IMG/VR virus record: IMGVR_UViG_3300036770_002122
Span: 29,198-93,197 of that record
Length of the DNA stretch: 64,000 bases
Direction: 5' to 3' (one strand)
Origin: a virus
Shown here one piece after another: positions 1 to 9,929 of the stretch (within the stretch, counting starts at the first letter, position 1; every line of letters starts with the position of its first letter). The position numbers and the translations under genes are program-made. The notes beneath the pieces are model-generated. The model was given only the letters and a program-made list of their open reading frames with translations. It made no database searches and was not told where the DNA came from.

Positions 1-478
1 CAAATATGTGTCAGAAGAATTACGTAACTTGGCTAAAGAATTGAACGTGTTGTTTGTAACAGCAAGTCAGTTGAATCGTAGCGCAGTTGAAGAAATTGAG
101 TTCGATCATAGTCACATTTCAGGTGGTATCAGTAAGATCAATACCGCTGATAACGTATTTGGTATCTTTACAAGCCGCAGTATGCGTGAGCGTGGATTGT
201 ATCAGATTCAGTTGATGAAAACACGCAGCAGTTCTGGTGTAGGCCAGAAGATCGAATTACAATTTAACGTAGAGACATTAAGAATAACAGATGAAGGTGA
301 ATCTGCCCCAAAACCACAACCTTCAGGAAGTCAATTATTAAGTCAAATTAAGGTTACTAGTGCTATAGGGTCGTCTACAAACACCGAAAATTCTTCTTTA
401 GAAGAAGAAAGTAAGAATGTAAGGGCCAACGTGCAAAGCGCAAAACTACGTAGTTTATTGAATAATTTAAAGAATTAA
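1..478 (+). CDS. gp41: DnaB-family (T4 gp41-like) replicative helicase, C-terminal part; gene starts before the window
   Basis: DnaB motifs SEELRNLAKEL, VTASQLNR, ISKINTAD, MKTRSS; frame is open from base 2. Confidence 0.85.
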   Translation, partial: KYVSEELRNLAKELNVLFVTASQLNRSAVEEIEFDHSHISGGISKINTADNVFGIFTSRSMRERGLYQIQLMKTRSSSGVGQKIELQFNVETLRITDEGESAPKPQPSGSQLLSQIKVTSAIGSSTNTENSSLEEESKNVRANVQSAKLRSLLNNLKN

Positions 479-494
479 AACAGCCCGTTTATAG

Positions 495-501
495 ATAAAT
501 A
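495..501 (+). promoter_or_regulatory. T4-like late promoter ATAAATA
   Basis: Intergenic, 7 nt before ATG 509, flanked by tatag/ctata inverted repeat. Confidence 0.65.
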
Positions 502-508
502 CTATATT

Positions 509-757
509 ATGCAAAAGCGTACACGTAGTCTGTTGGAAGAACTAGAATCTATAGGTAGTAATAGAGATATTAACCACGTTATTGAAAACAGAGCCAATAA
601 CGTTATCACAAGTGCTATTAATTTAGTAGAATTGATCTATAGAAACTATAGCCCTGAAAAGGCAGAATTATTAGAAAAGAAACTTCTTTCCGCTATTAAG
701 AGTAAAGAGCCTACACGCTTTGCTAAATCGTTGAAGAAGAAACATGAAAATAAATGA
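509..757 (+). CDS. Hypothetical late protein
   Basis: 82-aa ORF directly after a late promoter. Confidence 0.7.
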   Translation: MQKRTRSLLEELESIGSNRDINHVIENRANNVITSAINLVELIYRNYSPEKAELLEKKLLSAIKSKEPTRFAKSLKKKHENK

Positions 758-1532
758 AGGCTGGTTTGATAATATAGAAAATCTTTATAAAGGATTTAAA
801 GGAAGTAAAAATACTCCCAAAGGCTTTAGTGCCTTTAAAAACTGGCAAGCAAGACGTAAGAGCGGTTTATCCAAAGAACAGCAATTAGCCTACGATAATT
901 TTGTTAAGAAATTTGTTACTAGCGGTGTTAATGCGATTAACACTGCTGTAAAAGCCGGTCTAGTAGATGTACAATCAGGCAATGTTTCAGGTAGTTATTC
1001 AGTACCTCAAAAGAAACAAAAGGGTACCACAAATCAACAGCAGGCAAAAAAATCATCTGCTAAAACATCAGCCCCTCCCGCTTACAAACCCGTAGTAAGA
1101 AAAGATAAGACAACAGGGGAATGGTTACCTGTTACACTCACATATGACGGTATAAAATATACTAAAACAAATAAAGGTTGGATGGATGATAAAAATCAAC
1201 TTGCAAAGCAGGATTATCAAACACATTTGGATAAAATTTTAGCACAATCTTTAGCAGAAGCCATAGAATATATTAAGATGCAAAGATTATATGAAAATAT
1301 AGTTAGCGAAGCGGTTAAAAGTATATCACAATGGACTAAAGATCACTTTGTTATGCCTTACTTACAAGGCATAGATTTATCTTCAGCATCAGAACAAATC
1401 AATGATATACTTCAAAATTTACCTAACAGTTATGCTAACAATACTTTAGCAGACGATCTTACTAAAATTGCAGATATAGCCTGGGCTATTGAAATGGCTA
1501 CACAAGCAAGAAAAATACCGGGTACATATTAA
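744..1532 (+). CDS. Hypothetical protein, candidate internal head protein
   Basis: N-terminus MKINE|G, Lys/Gln-rich linker, overlaps neighbours. Confidence 0.6.
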   Translation: MKINEGWFDNIENLYKGFKGSKNTPKGFSAFKNWQARRKSGLSKEQQLAYDNFVKKFVTSGVNAINTAVKAGLVDVQSGNVSGSYSVPQKKQKGTTNQQQAKKSSAKTSAPPAYKPVVRKDKTTGEWLPVTLTYDGIKYTKTNKGWMDDKNQLAKQDYQTHLDKILAQSLAEAIEYIKMQRLYENIVSEAVKSISQWTKDHFVMPYLQGIDLSSASEQINDILQNLPNSYANNTLADDLTKIADIAWAIEMATQARKIPGTY

Positions 1533-2674
1533 TGTTAGATTTCTTTATAAACACAAGAAAGATTTTAAATGATCTTTTAAGTGAAGCAAAAGGCCATCTA
1601 GATCATCCTGAAGATTTGATTATATTACAGGGTGTGTCGGGTGCAGACAGAGCCATAAATTCTATTATTGCCTGCGCACAATCGCCGCAAGCCATTACTA
1701 TTAAATGGGATGGATATCCGGCGTTGATATTTGGAAGGGGTCCAAATAACAAATTTAGCATTATGGATAAACATATGTTTAACCGTAAAGATGGTATGGG
1801 ACGCCAAATTTATAGCCCGGAAGCATTTGCTGAATATGATAGACAAAGAGGAGTCGACCGTGCAGAACTTACGAATCTCATTAGGAATATCTGGCCCGGC
1901 TTGCAAAAAGCAAGCAAAGGAACAAAAGGCTATTACTGGAGCGACTTACTCTTCAGCCAACCGCTCAAAAGCCAAAAAGGTGTATACAAATTTAAAGCGA
2001 ATCCTAACGGTATAACATATACTGTCGATGTTGATAGTGATGTAGGCCAACTGTTAACTAATAAAATAGCAGGAGTAGCAGTACATCAATTTATTTCTCC
2101 TGATGCAATGTCAACTGATGACGCTCAAAGTTTAGACGGAACATTGGGAGGATTAGTTAATAACAGTGATGTTGCGATAGTTCCTAGTGCGATGCCTATT
2201 GTCCCCAATCTAACAATCGATAAATCTTTAATCGCCGATGCTAAAAAGAAGATATCTAAATATGGGCGAGCAGTTGAAGAATTGCTCAACTCTGCCCCTC
2301 AGGCTCGCAATACGTTCAATCAACTTTTTACAACATACATTAATAAGAAAATTGTATCAAATGATTTGTCTGATTTAAGCAATGACTTTTTGAACTATTT
2401 TGAACAAAGACCCATGACTGCTAGTATGAAGAAAAAATTAGCAGATCATATTAATAACAATAAAGAGGGTATAGTTGGATTATTTACAATTTGGGCAGCA
2501 CTTTACCAACTAAAAATGAATCTAGTAGAACAATTAAATCAGGCTGCAGAACAAAGTCCCGTTAAGGGCTATTTACAGACCGGACAGCAAAGTCAAGAAG
2601 GATTTGTCTGTCAGGGCTTAAAATATGTAGATAGATTAGGATTTAGTCGTCAAAATTTAGCAGCAAAACGCTAG
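1532..2674 (+). CDS. DUF6267-like phage protein with ligase-type KxDG motif
   Basis: GHLDHPEDL, TIKWDGYPA, EGFV, LKYVDRLGFSRQN. Confidence 0.65.
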   Translation: MLDFFINTRKILNDLLSEAKGHLDHPEDLIILQGVSGADRAINSIIACAQSPQAITIKWDGYPALIFGRGPNNKFSIMDKHMFNRKDGMGRQIYSPEAFAEYDRQRGVDRAELTNLIRNIWPGLQKASKGTKGYYWSDLLFSQPLKSQKGVYKFKANPNGITYTVDVDSDVGQLLTNKIAGVAVHQFISPDAMSTDDAQSLDGTLGGLVNNSDVAIVPSAMPIVPNLTIDKSLIADAKKKISKYGRAVEELLNSAPQARNTFNQLFTTYINKKIVSNDLSDLSNDFLNYFEQRPMTASMKKKLADHINNNKEGIVGLFTIWAALYQLKMNLVEQLNQAAEQSPVKGYLQTGQQSQEGFVCQGLKYVDRLGFSRQNLAAKR

Positions 2675-2701
2675 CCAAACCCATGTTTTTATGCTTCAGG
2701 C

Positions 2702-2732
2702 ATAAATAATAGTATGAGCCTTACGAGGTTCA
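2702..2732 (+). promoter_or_regulatory. Late promoter ATAAATA followed by a 5' UACG stem-loop
   Basis: ATAAATA 2702-2708; tgagcct-TACG-aggttca hairpin; GGAG RBS before ATG 2755. Confidence 0.6.
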
Positions 2733-2754
2733 ACACAACACGGAGATTTAAAAA

Positions 2755-3144
2755 ATGGCACAATTTACAAAAGTCAATGGCGACTTTCAACAGGTATTAC
2801 ACTTAGACGCACCAGAATATACAAATGCTGGTCTAAATGCTGTAAATTCAGGTAAGACAGTTCAGCCACAAGGTCCAAAATTGGACTTCGGTACAATCAC
2901 ATTCACAGGCGCAGCATCACCAACTGGTGCAGACCTAGCAATTGCTTTCCAAACAATTCAGCAATTAGCAACAGTTTACTTGTATGAGTACACTGAAGTA
3001 GGTGCAAACACTGATACACTAGCAGTTGCAGTATATCCAGTAGGCGCATGGGATTTCACTAACGGTGGTGATCTAGATGCCGCTTTAACAGCAGCCCTAG
3101 GCTATGCTGTAACTACAGCAGCAACAGCAACTTTCACTAACTAA
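2755..3144 (+). CDS. Putative abundant virion structural protein
   Basis: Ala/Thr/Gly-rich 129 aa with own late promoter, RBS and terminator. Confidence 0.6.
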   Translation: MAQFTKVNGDFQQVLHLDAPEYTNAGLNAVNSGKTVQPQGPKLDFGTITFTGAASPTGADLAIAFQTIQQLATVYLYEYTEVGANTDTLAVAVYPVGAWDFTNGGDLDAALTAALGYAVTTAATATFTN

Positions 3145-3168
3145 TAGTTAGTTTTAGTTGAGAGAAAT

Positions 3169-3201
3169 AAGGCCCGAGAAGTAAAATTCTCGGGCTTTTT
3201 T
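3169..3201 (+). terminator. Rho-independent terminator
   Basis: gcccgagaa-gtaaaa-ttctcgggc followed by a T run. Confidence 0.85.
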
Positions 3202-3218
3202 ATTGCTGTAAATACGGC

Positions 3219-3662
3219 ATGGCCCATAGAATTAGTTGTTTAACATTGTTTGATATAACAAGAACCGGCATATTAAACAGAGCGAAACCCGGTGATGATA
3301 TAACTGATATAGATCAATGGCTGCGTAAACGAAATACACAGTGTAATTTTGATACTATATTACAAGTTATTTCATTAAGATCACAGCCTGATATAAGTTC
3401 AGATCCTAAACAAGTTAAACTAAGCAGTTTGTCTGATCATAAATTTGGAAGTAATTACGTTGAAAAACACATTCCTGTATGGACATTTGATTTTGAAGTG
3501 CATCACTCTTCAGTTTTTGAAGATGGCGTAGAAGAATTAGGATACTTATATAAAGATTGTCATGGAGTTCCTATGGTGAAATGCGATACTCAATACTCTC
3601 TTTTAGACAGTAATTTGGATATAACAAATGAGAAAAGAAACATATACTTTGTTAAATACTAA
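3219..3662 (+). CDS. Hypothetical protein
   Basis: 147-aa ORF, GTAAATA 4 nt upstream. Confidence 0.7.
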   Translation: MAHRISCLTLFDITRTGILNRAKPGDDITDIDQWLRKRNTQCNFDTILQVISLRSQPDISSDPKQVKLSSLSDHKFGSNYVEKHIPVWTFDFEVHHSSVFEDGVEELGYLYKDCHGVPMVKCDTQYSLLDSNLDITNEKRNIYFVKY

Positions 3663-4101
3663 CGTGACCAAACACGATTTAAAAAGAAAAATTAAGGATT
3701 TGTTTATAGTCCGTGAGGAAGACGGATCCTACAATCTATTTGGTCGGTATCTAATTGAAAACAAGAACGGCGAATATGTATTACAGGAAAAAGGTGAAAA
3801 TTCACAATATACTTTTTACTTTTTAAAGCATGCGGTAACTTGGTGTGTTTTAAACAATAATAAGAACTACAAATACGTCAAACGTGTATTAGAACTCGAC
3901 AACGAACTAATAAGTTTAGACGCAGCTATAGAAAATCACATGCGTCTTGTACGTCAAAACCCTGAAAATTCTGTCATTTATTATGCTAAATTGCAGGAAG
4001 AAAAACTTAAAAAACGCAAAATGCTGGAAGAAATCAATAATTATACTGCTTTAAGCAAGCATATTCAAAGCAAAAAGTATACCGAAAATCAGGATTTATA
4101 A
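3628..4101 (+). CDS. Hypothetical protein (start uncertain)
   Basis: 157-aa ORF filling the gap between neighbours. Confidence 0.6.
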   Translation: MRKETYTLLNTNVTKHDLKRKIKDLFIVREEDGSYNLFGRYLIENKNGEYVLQEKGENSQYTFYFLKHAVTWCVLNNNKNYKYVKRVLELDNELISLDAAIENHMRLVRQNPENSVIYYAKLQEEKLKKRKMLEEINNYTALSKHIQSKKYTENQDL

Positions 4102-4147
4102 TCTAGGATTTGTGATAAATATATTATTATAACTTGGGATTTATTTT

Positions 4148-4849
4148 ATGAAAATGAACGATCTATCATCTAAAAATGTCGCAGTCAAGGCACTAAAAGC
4201 CAATTTTGACTATAACTTTGACCCTTCTAATTTGTCATATGGTCAAACATTGTCCATGATGACTAGAATTAACGGGCTTATTAAAGAAGCACGAATGATG
4301 CCTGATTATTATACAGCACAAAATGATCCTAGTTATTTAAAGTTAATATTCATGAGCGAAGCATTGCTTGAACATTTTAAAACATTGAAGCCTTCAAGAA
4401 TTCTTGTTGAAAATGCCGAAGTAGAAAAATCACAAGTTATTTTGGCAGCACAAGATATGATTGATCAATTGCAGAAAATGTTAGAAGAAACTAACAACAT
4501 GTTAGTTAAAGAACTACCTGCATTAGTAGACAGCATTCAAAGTGAAATTGGTGCAAATGAAAGTCAAACATTTAATCAAGCAGCAAGTGAGGCATTAACA
4601 TCACTAAATCAATGCTTAAGTCAAAGCAAGCAGTCACTACAAAGTGCTATGAACGCAATGACAGGTCAAGGTGATATGGCAGCACTAGGTGCTCCTGCAG
4701 CCGGCGGAGAAGAAATTGCTGTAACAGATATCGGCGCACAAGCAGAACCAGAAGGTGAAGTTATCGGCGCAGAAACAGTCGCAGCAGAAGTTCCTGCTGA
4801 GGAACCAGAAGCAGCACCAGTAGGTGGAGTTGGTCGCGAAAAGAGGTAA
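4148..4849 (+). CDS. Helical late protein, possible head core/scaffold component
   Basis: Late promoter 4115-4121; coiled-coil character; acidic Ala/Pro tail. Confidence 0.5.
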   Translation: MKMNDLSSKNVAVKALKANFDYNFDPSNLSYGQTLSMMTRINGLIKEARMMPDYYTAQNDPSYLKLIFMSEALLEHFKTLKPSRILVENAEVEKSQVILAAQDMIDQLQKMLEETNNMLVKELPALVDSIQSEIGANESQTFNQAASEALTSLNQCLSQSKQSLQSAMNAMTGQGDMAALGAPAAGGEEIAVTDIGAQAEPEGEVIGAETVAAEVPAEEPEAAPVGGVGREKR

Positions 4850-4852
4850 CTA

Positions 4853-5188
4853 GTGTACCTCTTTGAATTCTCAAATCAAGAATTGCTGGTTAACATAATT
4901 TCAGCAACAGACCAACTTAAGCAGGCTATTAAAAAAGGTGAAATTAATAGTAATTGGACATTAGACCAGTTATTAGATTACTTCAATAGTTTTGATGTTG
5001 TATTGTCTAACCGAGACATTTATAACATGATTCAAGTAGATCCATTAAAATCAGTCATATCTGATGTTAAAGGAAAAGAAGTAGTTTTTAAAGGGGTACC
5101 TCAGCAACCTAAATCGCCTGAAATGCAATCTCCAGAACAAAGTAAAGAGATAGTAGCAAAGATGGCGAAAAAAGCATTGGGTAAATAA
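4853..5188 (+). CDS. Hypothetical protein
   Basis: 111-aa ORF, GTG start after GAGG. Confidence 0.65.
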   Translation: MYLFEFSNQELLVNIISATDQLKQAIKKGEINSNWTLDQLLDYFNSFDVVLSNRDIYNMIQVDPLKSVISDVKGKEVVFKGVPQQPKSPEMQSPEQSKEIVAKMAKKALGK

Positions 5189-5191
5189 AAT

Positions 5192-5220
5192 TTGTTTTTT
5201 TGCAACAATTAACATATAAT
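5192..5220 (+). promoter_or_regulatory. sigma70-type promoter
   Basis: TTGTTT-N17-TATAAT, 8 nt before ATG 5229. Confidence 0.55.
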
Positions 5221-5228
5221 ATATTGTA

Positions 5229-5549
5229 ATGTTAATAACTATAACTGATAAAGCCAAAGAAAGATTCACTGAACAACTAGAACAGCGCGGCAAAGGCATA
5301 GGGATCATTGTAGGCGTGAAGAAAACAGGCTGTTCTGGCTACGCATACACCCTTGAGTTTGCTGATTTACCTATCGAAGGCTTTCATAAGCACTACGATA
5401 AATTCACATTATTTGTAGATCCATTAGCAGAAACATTTTTAGATGGTATTACAATTGACTACGTAAAGCAAGGATTGAATGAACGTTTTGAGTTTATCAA
5501 TCCAAACGAAACAGGACGCTGCGGCTGCGGCGAGAGTTTTACAGTTTGA
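5229..5549 (+). CDS. iscA: IscA/HesB Fe-S cluster assembly protein
   Basis: TGCSGYAY and C-terminal NPN..GRCGCGESF. Confidence 0.93.
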   Translation: MLITITDKAKERFTEQLEQRGKGIGIIVGVKKTGCSGYAYTLEFADLPIEGFHKHYDKFTLFVDPLAETFLDGITIDYVKQGLNERFEFINPNETGRCGCGESFTV

Positions 5550-6235
5550 TTTACGTACCTAATAAATTTCCATACAAAGAACTAAAGCGTGAAACAGTAA
5601 ATGGTTCACGAAAATATATGACTCCAGATGGACATGCAGTTCCCAGTGTCACCACAATATTAGATGCTACAAAACCAGAAGAAGCAAAACAAGCCTTACG
5701 TGAATGGCGTAAACGTGTAGGTGAAGAAAAAGCAAAACAGATTACTACTGAGGCTGCCGGTCGCGGAACACGTATGCATAAATGGCTTGAAAACCATATC
5801 AAGACCGGCAGCACAGGACAACCTGGAACTAATCCTTATAGCATACAAAGCCATACTATGGCTAAGACTATCATCGAAAAGGGGTTGAGCAATTGTCAGG
5901 AATTTTGGGGTACAGAAGTCAGTCTATACTTTCCTGAAGTGTACGCAGGAACTACAGACCTTGTTGGAATACATGACAATAGTGAAGCGATCATGGACCA
6001 TAAACAGACCAACAAGCCTAAAAAGCGCGAATGGATTGATGATTATTTCTTACAATTAGCAGCATACGCTACAGCACATAATGAAGTATGGGGTACTAAC
6101 ATACGTAAGGGTGTTATTTTCATGTGTTCAGCAGATAATCAATATCAGGAATTTATCGTAGAAGGTAAAGAATTCGACTATTATAAGGATAAATGGTTTT
6201 CTAGATTAGAAGAATATTACAAGCAATTCATCTAG
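5546..6235 (+). CDS. PD-(D/E)xK phage exonuclease
   Basis: PSVTTIL, RGTRMH..LE, YAGTTD, IMDHKQ, QLAAYA. Confidence 0.85.
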   Translation: MIYVPNKFPYKELKRETVNGSRKYMTPDGHAVPSVTTILDATKPEEAKQALREWRKRVGEEKAKQITTEAAGRGTRMHKWLENHIKTGSTGQPGTNPYSIQSHTMAKTIIEKGLSNCQEFWGTEVSLYFPEVYAGTTDLVGIHDNSEAIMDHKQTNKPKKREWIDDYFLQLAAYATAHNEVWGTNIRKGVIFMCSADNQYQEFIVEGKEFDYYKDKWFSRLEEYYKQFI

Positions 6236-6244
6236 CCCATTAGC

Positions 6245-6280
6245 ATAAATAGTTGTAATACCGGTGTAAGTACAACTATG
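6245..6280 (+). promoter_or_regulatory. Late promoter overlapping a start-codon-sequestering hairpin
   Basis: ATAAATA 6245-6251; perfect 9-bp atagttgta (6249-6257)/tacaactat (6271-6279) covering ATG 6278. Confidence 0.7.
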
Positions 6281-7615
6281 TCTATTATACAGATTTCTAA
6301 AATTCAGCAACGTTATGGTGAGTTAGTCGATCTCCCACAACTAGATCAAGCAGAGTTTGGTTTTGCAGCAGACGTAAATCGTTTGTTTATTGGCAAAACT
6401 ACAGGCAACACAGAAAATGTTGAAGTTTTAACTGCCTATAGCGATATTGCATTTAGTCAATTAGACGGTGCTGGTAATACCAATTTAAATATCACTGATA
6501 GTACTTTAGCCAATGGTCAAGTATTAGTATACGACGGTGATAATTGGGTTAATCGCGGCGGGGACGCCGGCGGATATATTAATTTAGGTAGTGTAAGCAA
6601 TGTCGCTATTCAAGGTGGCGGCATTAATTATGTGCTTACTACTGATGGTACTGGTAATTTAAGTTGGACTCCTAAAGCGTTTGTTACAGCAAACATTGCT
6701 AATATTACTAATGCCAACCCTGGCGTTGTTACTACAGCAGAAGATATCTTTCTAACTAATGGATCCGAAGTTACAATTACAAGTGTCACTGGTATGACGC
6801 AAGTAAACGGTAATTCATATTTTATAGGAAATTTAACTAGCAATTCTTTCGCTCTATATTCTGATATTACTTTAACAAGTCCGGTTGATACTACGCTATT
6901 TGGGTCATATGTATCCGGTGGTATTATAACTTGTGCTCCGGGAGGTAGTGAAGGTTCGGCAAACGCAGCAGGGGTAACTACCTCTGTTCAATTCAATACC
7001 AATAACTTATTAGATGCTAGCGCAAGTTTTACATTTAATAAAACTACAAACAATTTGACAGTAAGTCCGGGTAATATTATTGTTGGAAATAATATATCAG
7101 TGGGCGGCACTGCAAATATTACAAACTTAAATGTAAGTGGCCCGACAGTCACCACCTCAATCACGACCGGTGACCCATCAACACCAGGTACTATTACTGG
7201 TAATTGGACATTAACATCGGGATCAAGATTAGAATCAACATACGCTGACTTAGCAGAGTACTATTGCGCTGATAAGAATTACCCAGCCGGCACTGTTTTG
7301 GCATTTGGTGGCGAACAAGAAGTTACATTAGCAGGTATTGAAACAAATAAAGTTGCTGGTGTGGTATCAGCCGACCCTGCTTATGTAATGAATGGTATGA
7401 TACAATGTGAACATCCTGTAACTATAGCATTACAAGGTCGCGTACCATGTAAAGTAAAAGGCAAAGTTTATAAAGGTGATATGATGGTAAGTGCCGGTGA
7501 CGGCTTTGCAAAAGCAGCAATTTCAGAACCTAAAATGGGCACAGTTATAGGCAAAGCATTACAAAACTTTGAAGGTGAAGAAGGTATAATCGAAGTAGTC
7601 GTTGGAAGACTATAA
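6278..7615 (+). CDS. Tail fibre-like protein with C-terminal chaperone/peptidase-like domain
   Basis: N-terminal QISKIQQR..LPQL..EFGF attachment-type motif; Gly/Thr/Asn-rich body; C-terminal YADLAEYY...ALQGRVPCKV...IGKAL. Confidence 0.7.
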   Translation: MSIIQISKIQQRYGELVDLPQLDQAEFGFAADVNRLFIGKTTGNTENVEVLTAYSDIAFSQLDGAGNTNLNITDSTLANGQVLVYDGDNWVNRGGDAGGYINLGSVSNVAIQGGGINYVLTTDGTGNLSWTPKAFVTANIANITNANPGVVTTAEDIFLTNGSEVTITSVTGMTQVNGNSYFIGNLTSNSFALYSDITLTSPVDTTLFGSYVSGGIITCAPGGSEGSANAAGVTTSVQFNTNNLLDASASFTFNKTTNNLTVSPGNIIVGNNISVGGTANITNLNVSGPTVTTSITTGDPSTPGTITGNWTLTSGSRLESTYADLAEYYCADKNYPAGTVLAFGGEQEVTLAGIETNKVAGVVSADPAYVMNGMIQCEHPVTIALQGRVPCKVKGKVYKGDMMVSAGDGFAKAAISEPKMGTVIGKALQNFEGEEGIIEVVVGRL

Positions 7616-7628
7616 GATAAATAATATT

Positions 7629-7901
7629 ATGGCAGCAGCAATTTACACACCAAGCGGATCAAGTCAACTTACAGCAGTAGCCACAACTGACAAGGTTCGT
7701 ATTTCGACTACTACTAGCGCAATAGCCGTAGCAGTAGGTAACAGTTCAGTTACAGCAAATTTAACAGCCTGTGAAATTATTCCAGCAAACACAGTAAACA
7801 ATTCATTTATTGTTGGTGAAGGTAATTACATAGCGTTTATTTCAGTTAGTGGTTCAGGCATCTTCTCAGTCACAGAATTAGGCGCACCAGTAGGCGAATA
7901 A
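7629..7901 (+). CDS. Small beta-rich virion protein (start revised from 7602 to ATG 7629)
   Basis: Late promoter 7617-7623 lies 5 nt before ATG 7629. Confidence 0.6.
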   Translation: MAAAIYTPSGSSQLTAVATTDKVRISTTTSAIAVAVGNSSVTANLTACEIIPANTVNNSFIVGEGNYIAFISVSGSGIFSVTELGAPVGE

Positions 7902-7928
7902 TCTCGCGTAATAAAATAGCATTTTTTG

Positions 7929-8021
7929 ATAAATATAACATATTCATAACGTTGTTGTTATGAGTTTATGCGGTTCCCGCCGCGTACCGGCTAGAACCCG
8001 GCATTATAGGAGAAACAAACA
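7929..8021 (+). promoter_or_regulatory. Late promoter plus structured three-hairpin 5' leader
   Basis: ATAAATA 7929-7935; stems 7943-7964, 7967-7986, 7987-8001; AGGAG RBS. Confidence 0.55.
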
Positions 8022-9146
8022 ATGGGTCGTCCACTTAAAATCGCAAAAGCCCAAGCAGTCGTAACTATCACAGATACAACTACAGGCACAAATCTAGTAA
8101 CTACAAATGCTAACTTTACTAACTTAGGTATCATTGCAGGTATGCCATTCATCCCAGCAAGTAATATCGGTAATTTAGTTGCAGGTACTACATACTGGAT
8201 TCTATCAGTTGTGAATGCAGGCAACAATAGCACATTTACTGTTTCAGCAACACAACTTTCAGCCAATCCAACATATACTGAATTTGCACTTGCAACTGCA
8301 TCTGGTACTGTTTCAGCATCAGTTGGTGTTGTTGACGCATATTTTAACAATCCAATTGGCGGCGCAGGTTATCCAGCAACTAACGCAAATACATATGGCG
8401 TAGTTGGTGGTAACACAGCAATCTATGGTAGTCAAGTATTAGTTGGTGTATGCATGGGTATATCAGGTACTGGTACAATCACAGTAGCAGACGACAGTCC
8501 AAACATCGACGGTGTTGGCACAGACTTTGCAAACACATTCGTTGACGGTACAATCGTATATGACGTTGATGGTAACATTCTTGGTACTATCGATGACATC
8601 GCAAACGCAAACGCAGTATTCGCTACATTCGCAGCAAATGCTAGTGCAAACGTATCAGGCGGTGCATATACTTATGGTACACCAGAAGCAGGCTTTATCG
8701 TTCGTCAGAAAGGTAAAACAAAGTATCTAGTAACAGGCACAACATCAGGTCTAACTCAGGCTTGCTATACAGCAAATGTTGCTAACACAGCATTAGGTCC
8801 TAATACATTTAATATCACTGCAACTTATGCCGACACTTCAACAGCATATGTTCAATCATTAAGTGATTACAATAGTGAAGTATTCCCAGCAACTGTGGCT
8901 GCTTCAGCATTGGTAGCAGGTACTGTTTACACTATTGAGTTTGCAGGTGACACGGATTGGACAGCAGTTGGCGCATTTGCTAACATGACTGGTATCACAT
9001 TCGTTGCCACTGGTGCTGGCACAGGTACAGGTACAGCAGTATTGTCAAATGTTGATCCTGATGTAATTGCATCATTCAACAGCGCAGTTGCAGCAAACAC
9101 TGCAAATGGATTGTTGAACCCTGTTGTAACTATTACTAACGCTTAA
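8022..9146 (+). CDS. Virion structural protein
   Basis: Ala/Gly/Thr-rich, MGRPLK start, FIVRQKGKTKYLV motif, strong RBS. Confidence 0.7.
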   Translation: MGRPLKIAKAQAVVTITDTTTGTNLVTTNANFTNLGIIAGMPFIPASNIGNLVAGTTYWILSVVNAGNNSTFTVSATQLSANPTYTEFALATASGTVSASVGVVDAYFNNPIGGAGYPATNANTYGVVGGNTAIYGSQVLVGVCMGISGTGTITVADDSPNIDGVGTDFANTFVDGTIVYDVDGNILGTIDDIANANAVFATFAANASANVSGGAYTYGTPEAGFIVRQKGKTKYLVTGTTSGLTQACYTANVANTALGPNTFNITATYADTSTAYVQSLSDYNSEVFPATVAASALVAGTVYTIEFAGDTDWTAVGAFANMTGITFVATGAGTGTGTAVLSNVDPDVIASFNSAVAANTANGLLNPVVTITNA

Positions 9147-9157
9147 TAGGTGTAATA

Positions 9158-9475
9158 ATGGCTGCTACTGCAAAAAGAATTAAATTTGAACAAACCATTA
9201 CTGATGTGGCAATTCTTCAAACTGAAGTAGAAAACCTACATGAAAAAGTTGATGAATTAAAACTAGATGTAAAAGACCTTCATGAATGTTTAGATAGAAA
9301 TATGGCTGAAACTAAATCACTCCTTAAAGAGTATAGCGATATGTCAACTGAACAACATAAGGAACTTTCAGATAAAGTATCCAGTTTTGAAAAAATTAAA
9401 TGGATGCTAATGGGAGCGGCAGCACTATTGGGTGCTACCGGAATCGAGGCAATTCAAATGTTCTTGTCGCAGTAA
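9158..9475 (+). CDS. Coiled-coil protein with C-terminal transmembrane helix (XhlA/holin-like)
   Basis: Heptad repeats then KWMLMGAAALLGATG. Confidence 0.5.
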   Translation: MAATAKRIKFEQTITDVAILQTEVENLHEKVDELKLDVKDLHECLDRNMAETKSLLKEYSDMSTEQHKELSDKVSSFEKIKWMLMGAAALLGATGIEAIQMFLSQ

Positions 9476-9494
9476 AAATAGTCACATGACTAGT

Positions 9495-9520
9495 AAAAAC
9501 GGGGCTTAGGCCCCGTTTTT
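9495..9520. terminator. Bidirectional terminator between convergent genes
   Basis: aaaaacggggc-ttag-gccccgttttt. Confidence 0.9.
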
Positions 9521-9920
9521 ATTTTGTAAGTATTTCTAATTTTTCCTTAACTATATCTATGTTAACAGTACTGAACAAGCCTGGGTGCATTGGTTTAGGG
9601 TGTTGGCTGTCTCCAATCCATGCATACCCTACATGCTCGTAATTCAATTTTGGCACAAATTCTTCATTAACCGCGCAGAAAAAGGTGTGGTATGTAAAAG
9701 TATTATTAACAAATTTTTGAATTGGAACTAATTTTGCGTTCTCAGGAAAATAGCCAATTTCTTCTAAACACTCTCTTTCTAAGCCCTCTAACAGAGTTTC
9801 ATCATTTTCTATTTTACCGCCCGGCACACCCCACGCATAATTGGCATCGCTACGTAACAGATATAAAAATCTTTTGGTAACGGTACTATAAAAAAATATT
9901 CCTGCCGAGGTATTTTTCAT
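9519..9920 (-). CDS. Nudix hydrolase
   Basis: Nudix box PGGKIENDETLLEGLERECLEEIG. Confidence 0.9.
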   Translation of the reverse strand: MKNTSAGIFFYSTVTKRFLYLLRSDANYAWGVPGGKIENDETLLEGLERECLEEIGYFPENAKLVPIQKFVNNTFTYHTFFCAVNEEFVPKLNYEHVGYAWIGDSQHPKPMHPGLFSTVNIDIVKEKLEILTK

Positions 9921-9929
9921 GATAATGTC

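Noticed and set aside
7902-8021. tRNA or terminator in the GC-rich intergenic region
   Set aside because: No cloverleaf, T-loop or CCA end, and no U-tract after the stems.
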